The notes beneath the pieces were generated by a model. That model was not told the origin of the DNA and did no database searches. It saw only the letters and a list, made by a program, of their open reading frames with translations. Both the position numbers and the translations under genes were made by a program. Of a stretch of 64,000 nucleotides of DNA, positions 1 through 10,890 are shown piece after piece (positions within the stretch are counted from its first letter, which is position 1; each line of letters opens with the position of its first letter). Origin of the DNA: Candidatus Bathyarchaeota archaeon (GTDB lineage Archaea > Thermoproteota > Bathyarchaeia > Bathyarchaeales > Bathycorpusculaceae); the NCBI GenBank assembly GCA_963775685.1, contig CAVZJV010000014.1, positions 896,001 through 960,000 on the forward strand, written 5' to 3'.

Positions 1-3040
<3,040 letters not shown>

Positions 3041-4105
3041 TTATACAATAGAAGATTCCTTGAAGGTTAAGAACTTCTCACAATCCTTTTTCCAAACAGC
3101 TCTCCAGCTATCATCGCTTCTATTGAGATAGGTCTTTCCAAGATCGCCTAAGTTGTGGCCCATCATGTACTCGATAACTGAGTCAGTTACTTTGGCATCA
3201 GTTAAGAAAGTTCTAAAGGCTGTGCGTAAGCTGGAGGGAACGCAAGGATTACGGAGTTGCTTTTCCGGCTCTTGTTTCTTTTCTGAATCTGCTTTGGGTT
3301 GTACCTTTGCTAAGAAGTAGTGTGAGCGTCTATCGAAATACTTTTGAACACTCACAGAACTTCTATTGAATAGAAGATCATCTTCACTAAGAGCTTTAGG
3401 TAGGCTCTCATAGTATTGCTGAAAGAACCGTATGCCTTGAGTGCCAATGAAGGTTCTAAATTTTATTTGGAACTTCCTTGTTTTCCAGCGAACCATGTTT
3501 AAGCAGAAAGGGTTAACGTCGTTCTCGTATTGCTGTTTCACTTGACCGTAAGTTAACTTCAGTAAGTCAATGTTACTGAGGCCACTTTGTAGAAACCAAA
3601 CTCCTAAGCAACGATAGAGAGGTTTATCGAAAGATTGAATGAACTCTCCGACTTGCTGAAGGCTCCAAGCAAACTTAGGGTTCTCGGTTACTGCAGGAGG
3701 TAGATCACTGTAGCTTGTTGTTATTGGAATCTCAAAGAACTTGAAGAGAGCTTGCACAGAACCGACGTAAGCTCTAACGTTTTTATCAGCGAAGTCCTTG
3801 TCAACAAGATACGCTCCATATTGCTTTAGCAGTTCTCGGTCAGGAAACTTCTTTCTCTCAGCCACATCTATCTTCTTATCAATCCTAACAGCTACAAAGA
3901 AAGCTGAAATATCCTTGACAGTTCTAAACTCTGAATCCTTTTTGAGTGATTGCTCAGAAAGAAACGTTTGAAACAAAGCGAGCCCAGGTTTGTAGGATTT
4001 AGCTGAAGAGCCTAACTTACCTTGAGCGATTGCTTCAGTTGGAGAAATAGTATTAAGAAACTTGCTAACTTCAAAACCTAAACCTGAATCAATCATATCT
4101 ATCAA
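3041..4105 (-). CDS. Tyrosine recombinase/integrase with divergent catalytic motifs
   Basis: C-terminal SLRTAFRT...EYMMGH...KTY box II with catalytic Tyr; box I QSGLSNIDLLKL; RWKT Lys loop. Confidence 0.85.
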   Translation of the reverse strand: MIDMIDSGLGFEVSKFLNTISPTEAIAQGKLGSSAKSYKPGLALFQTFLSEQSLKKDSEFRTVKDISAFFVAVRIDKKIDVAERKKFPDRELLKQYGAYLVDKDFADKNVRAYVGSVQALFKFFEIPITTSYSDLPPAVTENPKFAWSLQQVGEFIQSFDKPLYRCLGVWFLQSGLSNIDLLKLTYGQVKQQYENDVNPFCLNMVRWKTRKFQIKFRTFIGTQGIRFFQQYYESLPKALSEDDLLFNRSSVSVQKYFDRRSHYFLAKVQPKADSEKKQEPEKQLRNPCVPSSLRTAFRTFLTDAKVTDSVIEYMMGHNLGDLGKTYLNRSDDSWRAVWKKDCEKFLTFKESSIV

Positions 4106-4252
4106 AAGAAAAAGGTGTTTGTTTAGTAACTCTTCATTATGATGCGGCTATTTGTAATCAATTAAGCTAGGGTTATAGTATCAAACAGGCTTAATCGCTA
4201 TATGAGATTTCCGTTCTATCAAGAGAACGAAAAAAGAAAACATCATTCTGGA

Positions 4253-4738
4253 TTAAGCTGAAATCAGGGTGAAACCGTTTGGTAGAAGCGCATTGTGAAT
4301 GTTACCAACGTAAACCATATCAGAAAAAGTAATAGCGGTATCAGTCGGTAGTTGGTCCTTTGCGTTTATGATTTTGTATTTTCTCATTGAAGAATCAGGT
4401 AGCACAACTTCAAGACTAAGTTTACTATTTTCTGAAGCTAACTGGCAAATTTGAAAGCCTATTTCCGATTGCTTATCCAAATCATTGGATAGCAAGAATT
4501 TCGCATTATTAGAGGTTAAAGTTGTCGGTCGATTCAGTATAATCTTTATGCCTTCCGGGAGAGGTCTTTCAACCCAATGGATCAGTTCGGGAATAACAGG
4601 AACTTCAGGTTTATCCTCTTCAGGTCTAATGTTAATTTCTTCTTTAGGCTTTTGGGGTGTTCTCCATGAGAAGCGAGATTTACCAGAGCCATGCCTTTGA
4701 TTTCCATAACCGTGACCAGAACGAGCACCATAACTCAT
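4253..4738 (-). CDS. Hypothetical protein with Arg/Gly-rich N-terminus (MSYGARSGHGYG)
   Basis: 161-aa ORF with GAGG RBS upstream; no family recognised. Confidence 0.7.
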   Translation of the reverse strand: MSYGARSGHGYGNQRHGSGKSRFSWRTPQKPKEEINIRPEEDKPEVPVIPELIHWVERPLPEGIKIILNRPTTLTSNNAKFLLSNDLDKQSEIGFQICQLASENSKLSLEVVLPDSSMRKYKIINAKDQLPTDTAITFSDMVYVGNIHNALLPNGFTLISA

Positions 4739-4769
4739 GTCATCAAATCCTCAATAGAAAAAAAGAGAA

Positions 4770-4904
4770 TCAGACTTCTTTCAATTTGAAAGTGTGATCT
4801 TTGAAGCAAGTATATGTTTTCAGCTTAACACCTTTGCGTACAATATCCTCGACAAAATCCATTGGCGCCTTACATTTAGGACATAATGGAGCATCTTCAC
4901 TCAA
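4770..4904 (-). CDS. 44-aa Zn-ribbon protein (CPKC...CxxxH), absent from the ORF track
   Basis: My translation: MSEDAPLCPKCKAPMDFVEDIVRKGVKLKTYTCFKDHTFKLKEV*. TTG start overlaps the upstream TGA and the ORF fills the gap exactly. Confidence 0.7.
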   Translation of the reverse strand: MSEDAPLCPKCKAPMDFVEDIVRKGVKLKTYTCFKDHTFKLKEV

Positions 4905-5488
4905 AAGTAATCCTTCCATCTGTCACTATCTTCACTGACATTCTCCATGAAATCTTTGTATTCTCCAGCCCACTGTTTAGCTTCTAAATCAGCACTATTC
5001 AACTGATCTTTCGAATAACTATTCTCTTTAGCCATTTGGTCTAGGTAATCCTTGTTTTCTTCATAGCTCAATTTGTGGTCTATTTCTGCTCGGTCAATCC
5101 CATACTTCTTAGTTAACGCCAATAGGTGAGCTCGCTCAAGATAGGTTAGTTTAGTTTCATCTCTGGTTTTATGCTCAAGTTTTACTTTCTCTTTCTTAGG
5201 CACATAACCAATCGGTTGACTAGATAACAACCCAGCAGAATCCTTTGGTTCAACAGCAAACTTATCCAAAGAAGGCTTAACTTGCGCCTTCGGAGTGTCA
5301 ATGTTAGGCCAATCAAAGTGCGAAGGATAATTCAACCATTGTTGCTCAGTCTCAGCGATAGGCGCATGAAGCCTATCATCCATCAAAATAGACCGGCGAC
5401 TACGAGAGTTTTGAACACGCATTAACCCCTTGAAACCACGCCTACGATTATCGCCGTACCCATGACCGCCTCTAGAATTGTAAGCCAT
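4901..5488 (-). CDS. Hypothetical protein with basic N-terminus (MAYNSRGGHGYG)
   Basis: GGTGA RBS precedes the ATG at 5488. The frame is open further upstream to 5614 (basic plus hydrophobic segment), so the start is uncertain. Confidence 0.7.
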   Translation of the reverse strand: MAYNSRGGHGYGDNRRRGFKGLMRVQNSRSRRSILMDDRLHAPIAETEQQWLNYPSHFDWPNIDTPKAQVKPSLDKFAVEPKDSAGLLSSQPIGYVPKKEKVKLEHKTRDETKLTYLERAHLLALTKKYGIDRAEIDHKLSYEENKDYLDQMAKENSYSKDQLNSADLEAKQWAGEYKDFMENVSEDSDRWKDYF

Positions 5489-5628
5489 ATCTTCACCAAT
5501 AGAAAAATGAGCTATTAGCAATACAAGGGTAAAGAGTGCAATAAAGCACAAGCCAAATAGTCCTATGCGGTGTTTTTTCCTTGACTTTCTCTTACCCAGA
5601 GCTGTGACCATCACAAGAAAAAAAGAGG

Positions 5629-6180
5629 TTAGAGTTTTCTTGATAGCAAAATGGATATGACGCCAAAAATACTGAGAATTGAACCTGTCTCAAGAGAGTA
5701 TATTGGGTTCAATGCTGTTGTTGCTATAGGTGTTGGAGTTGGGTTTGAAACCGATGGTAAGGACCCGTCGAGATTTGTCACCGTTAAAGATGAAACGCAG
5801 TTAATTTGGATTCCATCAATCCCTATTTCAACTTCGACTTTATGAATGCCAGGGCTCTCAAAAAATAGGAAACAGGAAGAACTTGTCACTGGTATTTGAT
5901 TTTGGTCAACAAACCAAGAATAAGTTATAACGTGAGCGTTTGCGTCAATTCCTGATCCCAAAGAGGTTGTAAACGATATCGATTGGTTGATTGCGAGAGT
6001 CGCTTGTGTCGGGGTAAAAACAACAACATAGCGGCCATCTTGACTACTAAATACACCGAGTGGTACGCCAAAAGGTTGAATATTAGCATAAACAGTCATG
6101 CTAATAAGACCTAAACCGCTAAGTAACGAAATTATTCCTATAGTAATAAGAATCTTGGCACTCAGCTTTTTCGTTTTCAA
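5629..6180 (-). CDS. Membrane protein: N-terminal TM/signal, PKD/Ig-like domain, PT linker, C-terminal TM
   Basis: Hydrophobic termini; TYSWFVD...FESPGIHKVEV PKD-like pattern; PTPTP linker. Confidence 0.7.
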   Translation of the reverse strand: MKTKKLSAKILITIGIISLLSGLGLISMTVYANIQPFGVPLGVFSSQDGRYVVVFTPTQATLAINQSISFTTSLGSGIDANAHVITYSWFVDQNQIPVTSSSCFLFFESPGIHKVEVEIGIDGIQINCVSSLTVTNLDGSLPSVSNPTPTPIATTALNPIYSLETGSILSIFGVISILLSRKL

Positions 6181-6191
6181 GTCTTAAGCCT

Positions 6192-6269
6192 CTATAAGAA
6201 AAATAGAGGATGTACTGTTGGAAGAGTGGTTAAAATTGAAGACAACTGAGCTATTGATGTTTCAACCAT
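6192..6269 (-). CDS. Possible 25-aa leader/mini ORF (MVETSIAQLSSILTTLPTVHPLFFL)
   Basis: ATG just after a T-tract motif; its stop lies inside the hairpin covering the next gene's RBS. Confidence 0.35.
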   Translation of the reverse strand: MVETSIAQLSSILTTLPTVHPLFFL

Positions 6270-6284
6270 ACACAATAGAAAAAA

Positions 6285-6336
6285 AGGGCAAACAAAAACG
6301 AAAGCAAAATGGTGGACTTGTTTTGCTCTCGGCCCT
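6285..6336 (-). terminator. Stem-loop followed by a U7 tract (terminator or small structured RNA)
   Basis: Minus strand CGAGAGCAAAA pairs with TTTTGCTTTCG (11 bp, one G-U); outer AGGGC/GCCCT; then a T run. Confidence 0.5.
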
Positions 6337-6357
6337 ACAAAAGAAAAAAGCCAAAGT

Positions 6358-6675
6358 TTAGGCTAATTTACGTTTCAGCTTTTCACTCTTCAGCTTCTTT
6401 TCAATATTGCTGAAAGTCAAATCATCCTCTTGCTCATACATGAGGTAATTAGTTTTTTCTCTGTAATCTCCACCGCGAAAAGCAAAGTTTATCAAAAGCT
6501 GCCCAAATCTGGTGTCAGGTTCAAGTTCCCAGAGTTCCTTCAGAGCATTAAGCAGTTTGGGTATTCGGGATGGGTCTCGGGGTTTGTAGTTGGCTGCCAT
6601 TTCCTTAATCTCTTTCAGTATTTCTTTTGACAATTTTGTGCTTTTCTGCTTTTTAGGTTGTTTCTTATCGGTCAA
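6358..6675 (-). CDS. Small phage-type protein (YihD/DUF1040-like)
   Basis: RDPSRIPKLLNALKELWELEPDTRFGQLL...EDD pattern, which I recognise from small phage proteins. Confidence 0.6.
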   Translation of the reverse strand: MTDKKQPKKQKSTKLSKEILKEIKEMAANYKPRDPSRIPKLLNALKELWELEPDTRFGQLLINFAFRGGDYREKTNYLMYEQEDDLTFSNIEKKLKSEKLKRKLA

Positions 6676-6862
6676 AACTTGCGCACCTTATTCCTTTCTC
6701 TCTTTTTTCTAACCGGATAAGCTCTGCTACTGCAAACTCAAAGGCGTGACTTGTATTTCTGAAACGGTATTTTTTGACCTGTTCATTTATCCAGTCGATT
6801 AAGGTTTTTTCTACTGTTATGGTAACTTTTTGTTTTGGCATACTTTCCATATTGTTCGCCAT
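6665..6862 (-). CDS. Ribbon-helix-helix (CopG/Arc-like) regulator
   Basis: KQKVTITVEKTLIDWINEQVKKYRFRNTSHAFEFAV matches the archaeal RHH pattern. Confidence 0.75.
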   Translation of the reverse strand: MANNMESMPKQKVTITVEKTLIDWINEQVKKYRFRNTSHAFEFAVAELIRLEKREKGIRCASFDR

Positions 6863-6890
6863 CTCTTTTAGGCTTTAACCATCATCATCT

Positions 6891-6927
6891 TATTATAGTA
6901 AAGCTTATAAGCTTTTGCCTTATAATA
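6891..6927. promoter_or_regulatory. Symmetric divergent promoter/operator
   Basis: Perfect 16-bp palindrome AAAGCTTATAAGCTTT (6900-6915) flanked by inverted TATTATA/TATAATA, between divergent RHH genes. Confidence 0.6.
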
Positions 6928-6950
6928 GCTTACACAATGTTTAGGAGAAA

Positions 6951-7427
6951 ATGAAAAATATGAGCCACCTAGAAAAAGAAACAGAAAATAAAACCCAAAA
7001 AATTGAGTTAGACATCCCAACAGGTGAAATAGCCCTACTTCAACAATTCGCAAAAACACAAGGAAAAAGCGTAAACCAACTATTGAGCAAAATAATCAGT
7101 GAAAAAATCGCAGAGGAAAAAGGTGAACACCTAACTTTTGAAGAAAACGGCGTAGTCTATGAGCGCCTATCAATCGACCTTCCACAAAACATCGTTAATT
7201 TCTATCGCTATAAGGCACATGCAAAAGGCTTATCAGACCTAACAGAAAGTCTAATTGCCTTTGACATCACCGATCACCTATACGCAGAAATAGAAGGCAA
7301 CTGAAGCGACGACTGGAAAGAACTCTTTAACCTATCCTCAGATTTCGACGGAATATTCAACCGGGAAGAACTATTATTACGGAACTCGCCGCGAAGCAAA
7401 GAAAAAACAAAAGCAAAGGAAAACTGA
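6951..7427 (+). CDS. RHH-like protein, interrupted by TGA at 7302-7304
   Basis: KIELDIPTGEIALLQQFAKTQGKSVNQLLSKII is RHH-like. The same frame stays open 40 codons past the TGA, ending 2 nt before the next ATG. Confidence 0.55.
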
Positions 7428-7429
7428 AA

Positions 7430-7600
7430 ATGTCACCAAATACTGAAGATCAAAAGAACGAGTCTATAACGATTAATGTTACTGTTCCTAAAGCCTTCCT
7501 GCAGAACGTAGTTGGATACTTGAAGAAAACAGGACATTATAATGACTTAGACGAGTTTGTCATGGAAGCACTACGAGAAAGAATGCTAAAAGTATCATAA
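7430..7600 (+). CDS. 56-aa RHH (CopG-like) protein, absent from the ORF track
   Basis: My translation: MSPNTEDQKNESITINVTVPKAFLQNVVGYLKKTGHYNDLDEFVMEALRERMLKVS*; T-rich terminator follows. Confidence 0.7.
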   Translation: MSPNTEDQKNESITINVTVPKAFLQNVVGYLKKTGHYNDLDEFVMEALRERMLKVS

Positions 7601-7746
7601 CCTTCCAATTTCCGCTTTTCTTTTTTTATTCTTTTCACCATAAATAGGGACCGACGCCTATTGGGAAAGCGTCGATCCCATTTTGGCTTTGTCTGCTGCT
7701 TTTGTCTTTGATGCCTTTTTCTGGCACAAGAAAAATACCAGAATTG

Positions 7747-8121
7747 TTAATTGGCATATCCAAGGTATTGCCAAACAATTTTTCCATTAACTCTCGAAAC
7801 CCTATAGAGATAAGGGCCATGAGGGCAACCATTACAGTTCTTTCCACAAGGCACAAGTTTAGAGACTAAAGACCCCTTAGTTTTGATCTGAGTTTTCTCA
7901 GCATTACTGTTTTTCTGTTCATTGAGGCTTTCTTGCAGGATTTCAACAAAATCATTCAATTCGACTAGGATTTTTTTGGTTTCTTCGATAAACTTATGGT
8001 TCTGCTCATAGATAGCCAGGGCATTTTCAGCACCTTGCCTTTTATCCTTGCACGTTTGATAAGCGGTTAGCATGGCCTCGTAAACGTCTTTAACTGTCTT
8101 ACCTAACACATCCATGAACAA
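7747..8121 (-). CDS. Coiled-coil plus Zn-finger DNA-binding protein (DUF6788-like)
   Basis: C-terminal CGKNCNGCPHGPYLYRVSRVNGKIVWQYLG motif typical of archaeal mobile elements. Confidence 0.7.
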   Translation of the reverse strand: MFMDVLGKTVKDVYEAMLTAYQTCKDKRQGAENALAIYEQNHKFIEETKKILVELNDFVEILQESLNEQKNSNAEKTQIKTKGSLVSKLVPCGKNCNGCPHGPYLYRVSRVNGKIVWQYLGYAN

Positions 8122-8122
8122 C

Positions 8123-8147
8123 CTCTCCTAAACGTTAGGTAAGAAAA
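8123..8147 (-). repeat. 25-bp leader repeat, copy 1 (hairpin overlapping RBS)
   Basis: CTCTCCTAAACGTTAGGTAAGAAAA; 23/25 identical to 9475-9499. Confidence 0.75.
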
Positions 8148-8369
8148 CACGCATTCTTTTGAAGATAAGACAAATAAGTAAACCCTCAAAAGAAAAATAT
8201 CAAAATACTGAGAAACTACTCACCAGCATCGACAATCTTGTTTTAGCTGTCCTTTTGCGTCAGCTTCTTCTGAACTTAGCCAATAGACCGTCAAGTTTCA
8301 GTTTCAAGTCACTGTTTGAATAGTTACTAAGAATAGCATTGACAGAACCGTTTTTATCGTCAACCATAA

Positions 8370-9464
8370 CTAAGCAGCCCTCATTTTTGATAACTCAGAG
8401 ACTTTTTGAGTAAGTGCCAAAATCAGTTTTAGATTAGCATCAGATTCAGCCTTATGCCTCCGCTCTTGCTCTGCCAACCTATCCTCGTGTGCTCGTTGTC
8501 TAGCCTTCTTGAGCCTCTAACCTTTCAGCTACCTTAACCATAATGCGATTAGTATCTCTCTGTGTCAATGTACTACTCTGTAGATTGTTGGCAACCAAAC
8601 CTAAAGCGCCTTGAGTTTGAGCGAAAGCCATTCCGCCGCTGACAAGTCCAAGCATGGCCTCAAGACTCTTCTCTTCCCTTGAATGAGCCTCCAGTCTAAC
8701 CACGTTTTCGCCTAAAGCTGGCTTGTTATAAACCCTTGCGATAAAACTGTCAAAAGCCTTAAGCGTCACAGAAATAGGCAATTTACTTTCGTCAACATTT
8801 ATAAAATCATCATTTAAGCCAAACTGCACAACCTTCCATTTCAGAAAGTTATCTCTAATCTGAGATAACCCATGAAGTTCAAGCCATGTATCAACCCTAG
8901 CTAACGATAAACAAAAACCGTCATAATCCATCGGCTCCTCAGTACAACCACACCAAACCGTCAAAGTCTCCGCACTTAACTGAAAACTTGTAAGACCCTT
9001 ATCCTTAACCCCAAAATGATCTCGCAACATAGAGCCTAAAGGAGTTAACGATTCAGTACCAGTAAGTGGTGTCGTGTTCGCTATGACTGAGTTGAAAGTC
9101 TCTAAACCACATCTTTAGTAGTAATCTTAAGAGTTAGACCATGAATGTGCCATTTTTTGCCTGTGCTGTAACTTTTGAGCAGTCGGTTAAAGTCGTCATT
9201 CATGCGTTTGGTCGAAGCGTAGAAATGATATTTCCCTCTATCGTCACATACAACCTTGTTTTTCTCAAGTAAAACCTTTAGAACCCTTCTAACTGTGCCT
9301 CCAGGGAGATGCAAACAGTTTTTAGCCAAGTATGAAGGATTGAACCACTCGTCACCTGTTGCTCTGCTCTCAAGGAACTCTAAGACCCTATCCAATGCGT
9401 TCGTATATCCGTTCAATGTGTTCGCTTTTACGCATGCAGGAGAGGTATTATTTGCTGAATCCAA
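8370..9464 (-). CDS. wHTH-containing putative replication protein (about 365 aa), split by two single-base frameshifts
   Basis: Track ORFs 9102-9464 and 8500-9030 join with one shift near 9108 (DVGLETFNSVIA...GSMLRDH). A second shift near 8505 gives a coiled-coil tail ending at 8370. N-terminal wHTH and a WHIHGL motif. The Rep function is inferred. Confidence 0.5.
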
Positions 9465-9474
9465 AATTAATTTA

Positions 9475-9499
9475 CTCTCCTAAATATTAGGTAAGAAAA
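9475..9499 (-). repeat. 25-bp leader repeat, copy 2
   Basis: CTCTCCTAAATATTAGGTAAGAAAA directly upstream of the Rep-like gene. Confidence 0.75.
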
Positions 9500-9554
9500 A
9501 GTGAGAACCAAAAGAAAAAGGAAGGTGTCGCTGGCGATGTATCCACTAACACGC

Positions 9555-10262
9555 TTTAAACTCTACCATCATGCTTTCCTGGTTACCAAAGATGAGAAGT
9601 GGGCGGTTATCCAGCAGGGAATGAATGACAAAGATCGCAGTGCCAGGCGCTACCACTGGTTGAGCGAAAATACCAAAGATTTTGTTGTCGAACCGCATAA
9701 CGCCATCGTTGGAACTAAACATACCGGAGTGCTAAACATGGTGGCTAAAACCAGCGAAGCCGCCCGCAAAGCTTCTGTTGACCTATCAAAGGAACCCACG
9801 CGCAAACTTGTGAACCTTATCGAATCTTTCTCAAAACCCCACAACCAATCTTCGCTTCAACAGTGGCTTCCTAAAACTTCAGAGCGCTGGCAGCAAACCC
9901 TCACCACGCTCAATATGCCCCGCAACATAAACTGGGATACGCTAAGCCGCGTCTATGAGTTTCAACCCAGCAATTATGAAGAACTGCTCAGCTTAAAAGG
10001 GGTAGGACCAGCAACCGTTCGCGGATTAGCACTTGTAGCGGAACTGGTTTATGGGGAAGAGCCTAGTTGGGAAGATCCTGTCAAATTCAGTTTCGCTTAC
10101 GGGGGCAAAGACGGTGTACCGTATCCTGTAGACCGCAAAGCTATGGATGAATCCATCCAAATTCTTAAGCAATCTGTTCTAGAAGCAAAAATCGGCGAGA
10201 AAGAAAAACTGCAGTCCCTGCAGAGTCTACGTCGATACGTTCCGCTTAATGCAAATTCTTAA
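9555..10262 (+). pseudogene. DUF763 family protein, 5'-truncated
   Basis: LYHH...WAVIQQGMN...ARRYHW, GVGPATVRGLALVAELVYG, DPVKFSFAYGGKDGVPYPVD. The N-terminal LPLH/GGKG part is absent and replaced by element DNA. Confidence 0.8.
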
Positions 10263-10294
10263 AACAACCAGCCACAAGAGGATTAACGGTAAAG

Positions 10295-10890
10295 ATGTCT
10301 AAACAAAAAAATTCTTACCAAAGGATTGGTGCATCCATGGGCATAGTTGCGCCCATGATAGCGTTTGTCTGTATCGGTGGCGCCATCACCTCTTATCCAC
10401 AGTTTAGCTGGACAAATAACGCTCTTAGCGACTTAGGCGTCATTTCAGGTATAACAGAGAATCTTTTTTCAACTTTGGGCTTCTCGCCAGTGGACTATTA
10501 GCCTTCAACTTCGCGATAATTGGCTTGTATAATTATCTGGGCAAAAGCTGGGTAGGCAAAATTGGCTCAGTAGCTTTTGTTGGGGCTTCTTTGGCGCTTA
10601 TTGCCATAAGTGTATTTACCGAGGATTTTTCACCTACCCACTATGTTGTTTCTGTAGCATTTTCCGTGTTGGCGCCGATTTCGTTGTTCTTACTTACTGG
10701 CGCGTTCTGGCTGAGTCACCAGCGTCGATTCACGGTTTTCACGATTTTTGTTGCCTTTGCAGCAGCTTTGCCGTGGCTTTTACAGTTCGCATTTAATTAC
10801 GTGCCCAATGTGGCGATTCCTGAAACCGCTTCGGGTCTCGCCTTTTCATTATGGGTTGTTGTGGTTGGCAAAGAGATGCTAACAGCCTAA
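10295..10890 (+). CDS. DUF998 family membrane protein (frameshift at T-run near 10465-10470)
   Basis: FSWTNNALSDLG motif; two consecutive hydrophobic ORFs in different frames. Confidence 0.7.

Larger units (their letters stand above)
3041..9554. mobile_element. Integrative element (plasmid- or provirus-like); left boundary not resolved
   Basis: Tyrosine recombinase at one end, wHTH Rep-like gene at the other, RHH regulators, Zn-finger and phage-type small genes between. The right end abuts a truncated host DUF763 gene. Confidence 0.75.

Noticed and set aside
7302-7427. In-frame TGA read-through in the RHH-like gene
   Set aside because: The frame stays open after the TGA, but many genes here end normally in TGA and the area is error-rich; compensating indels or a point mutation are more likely.
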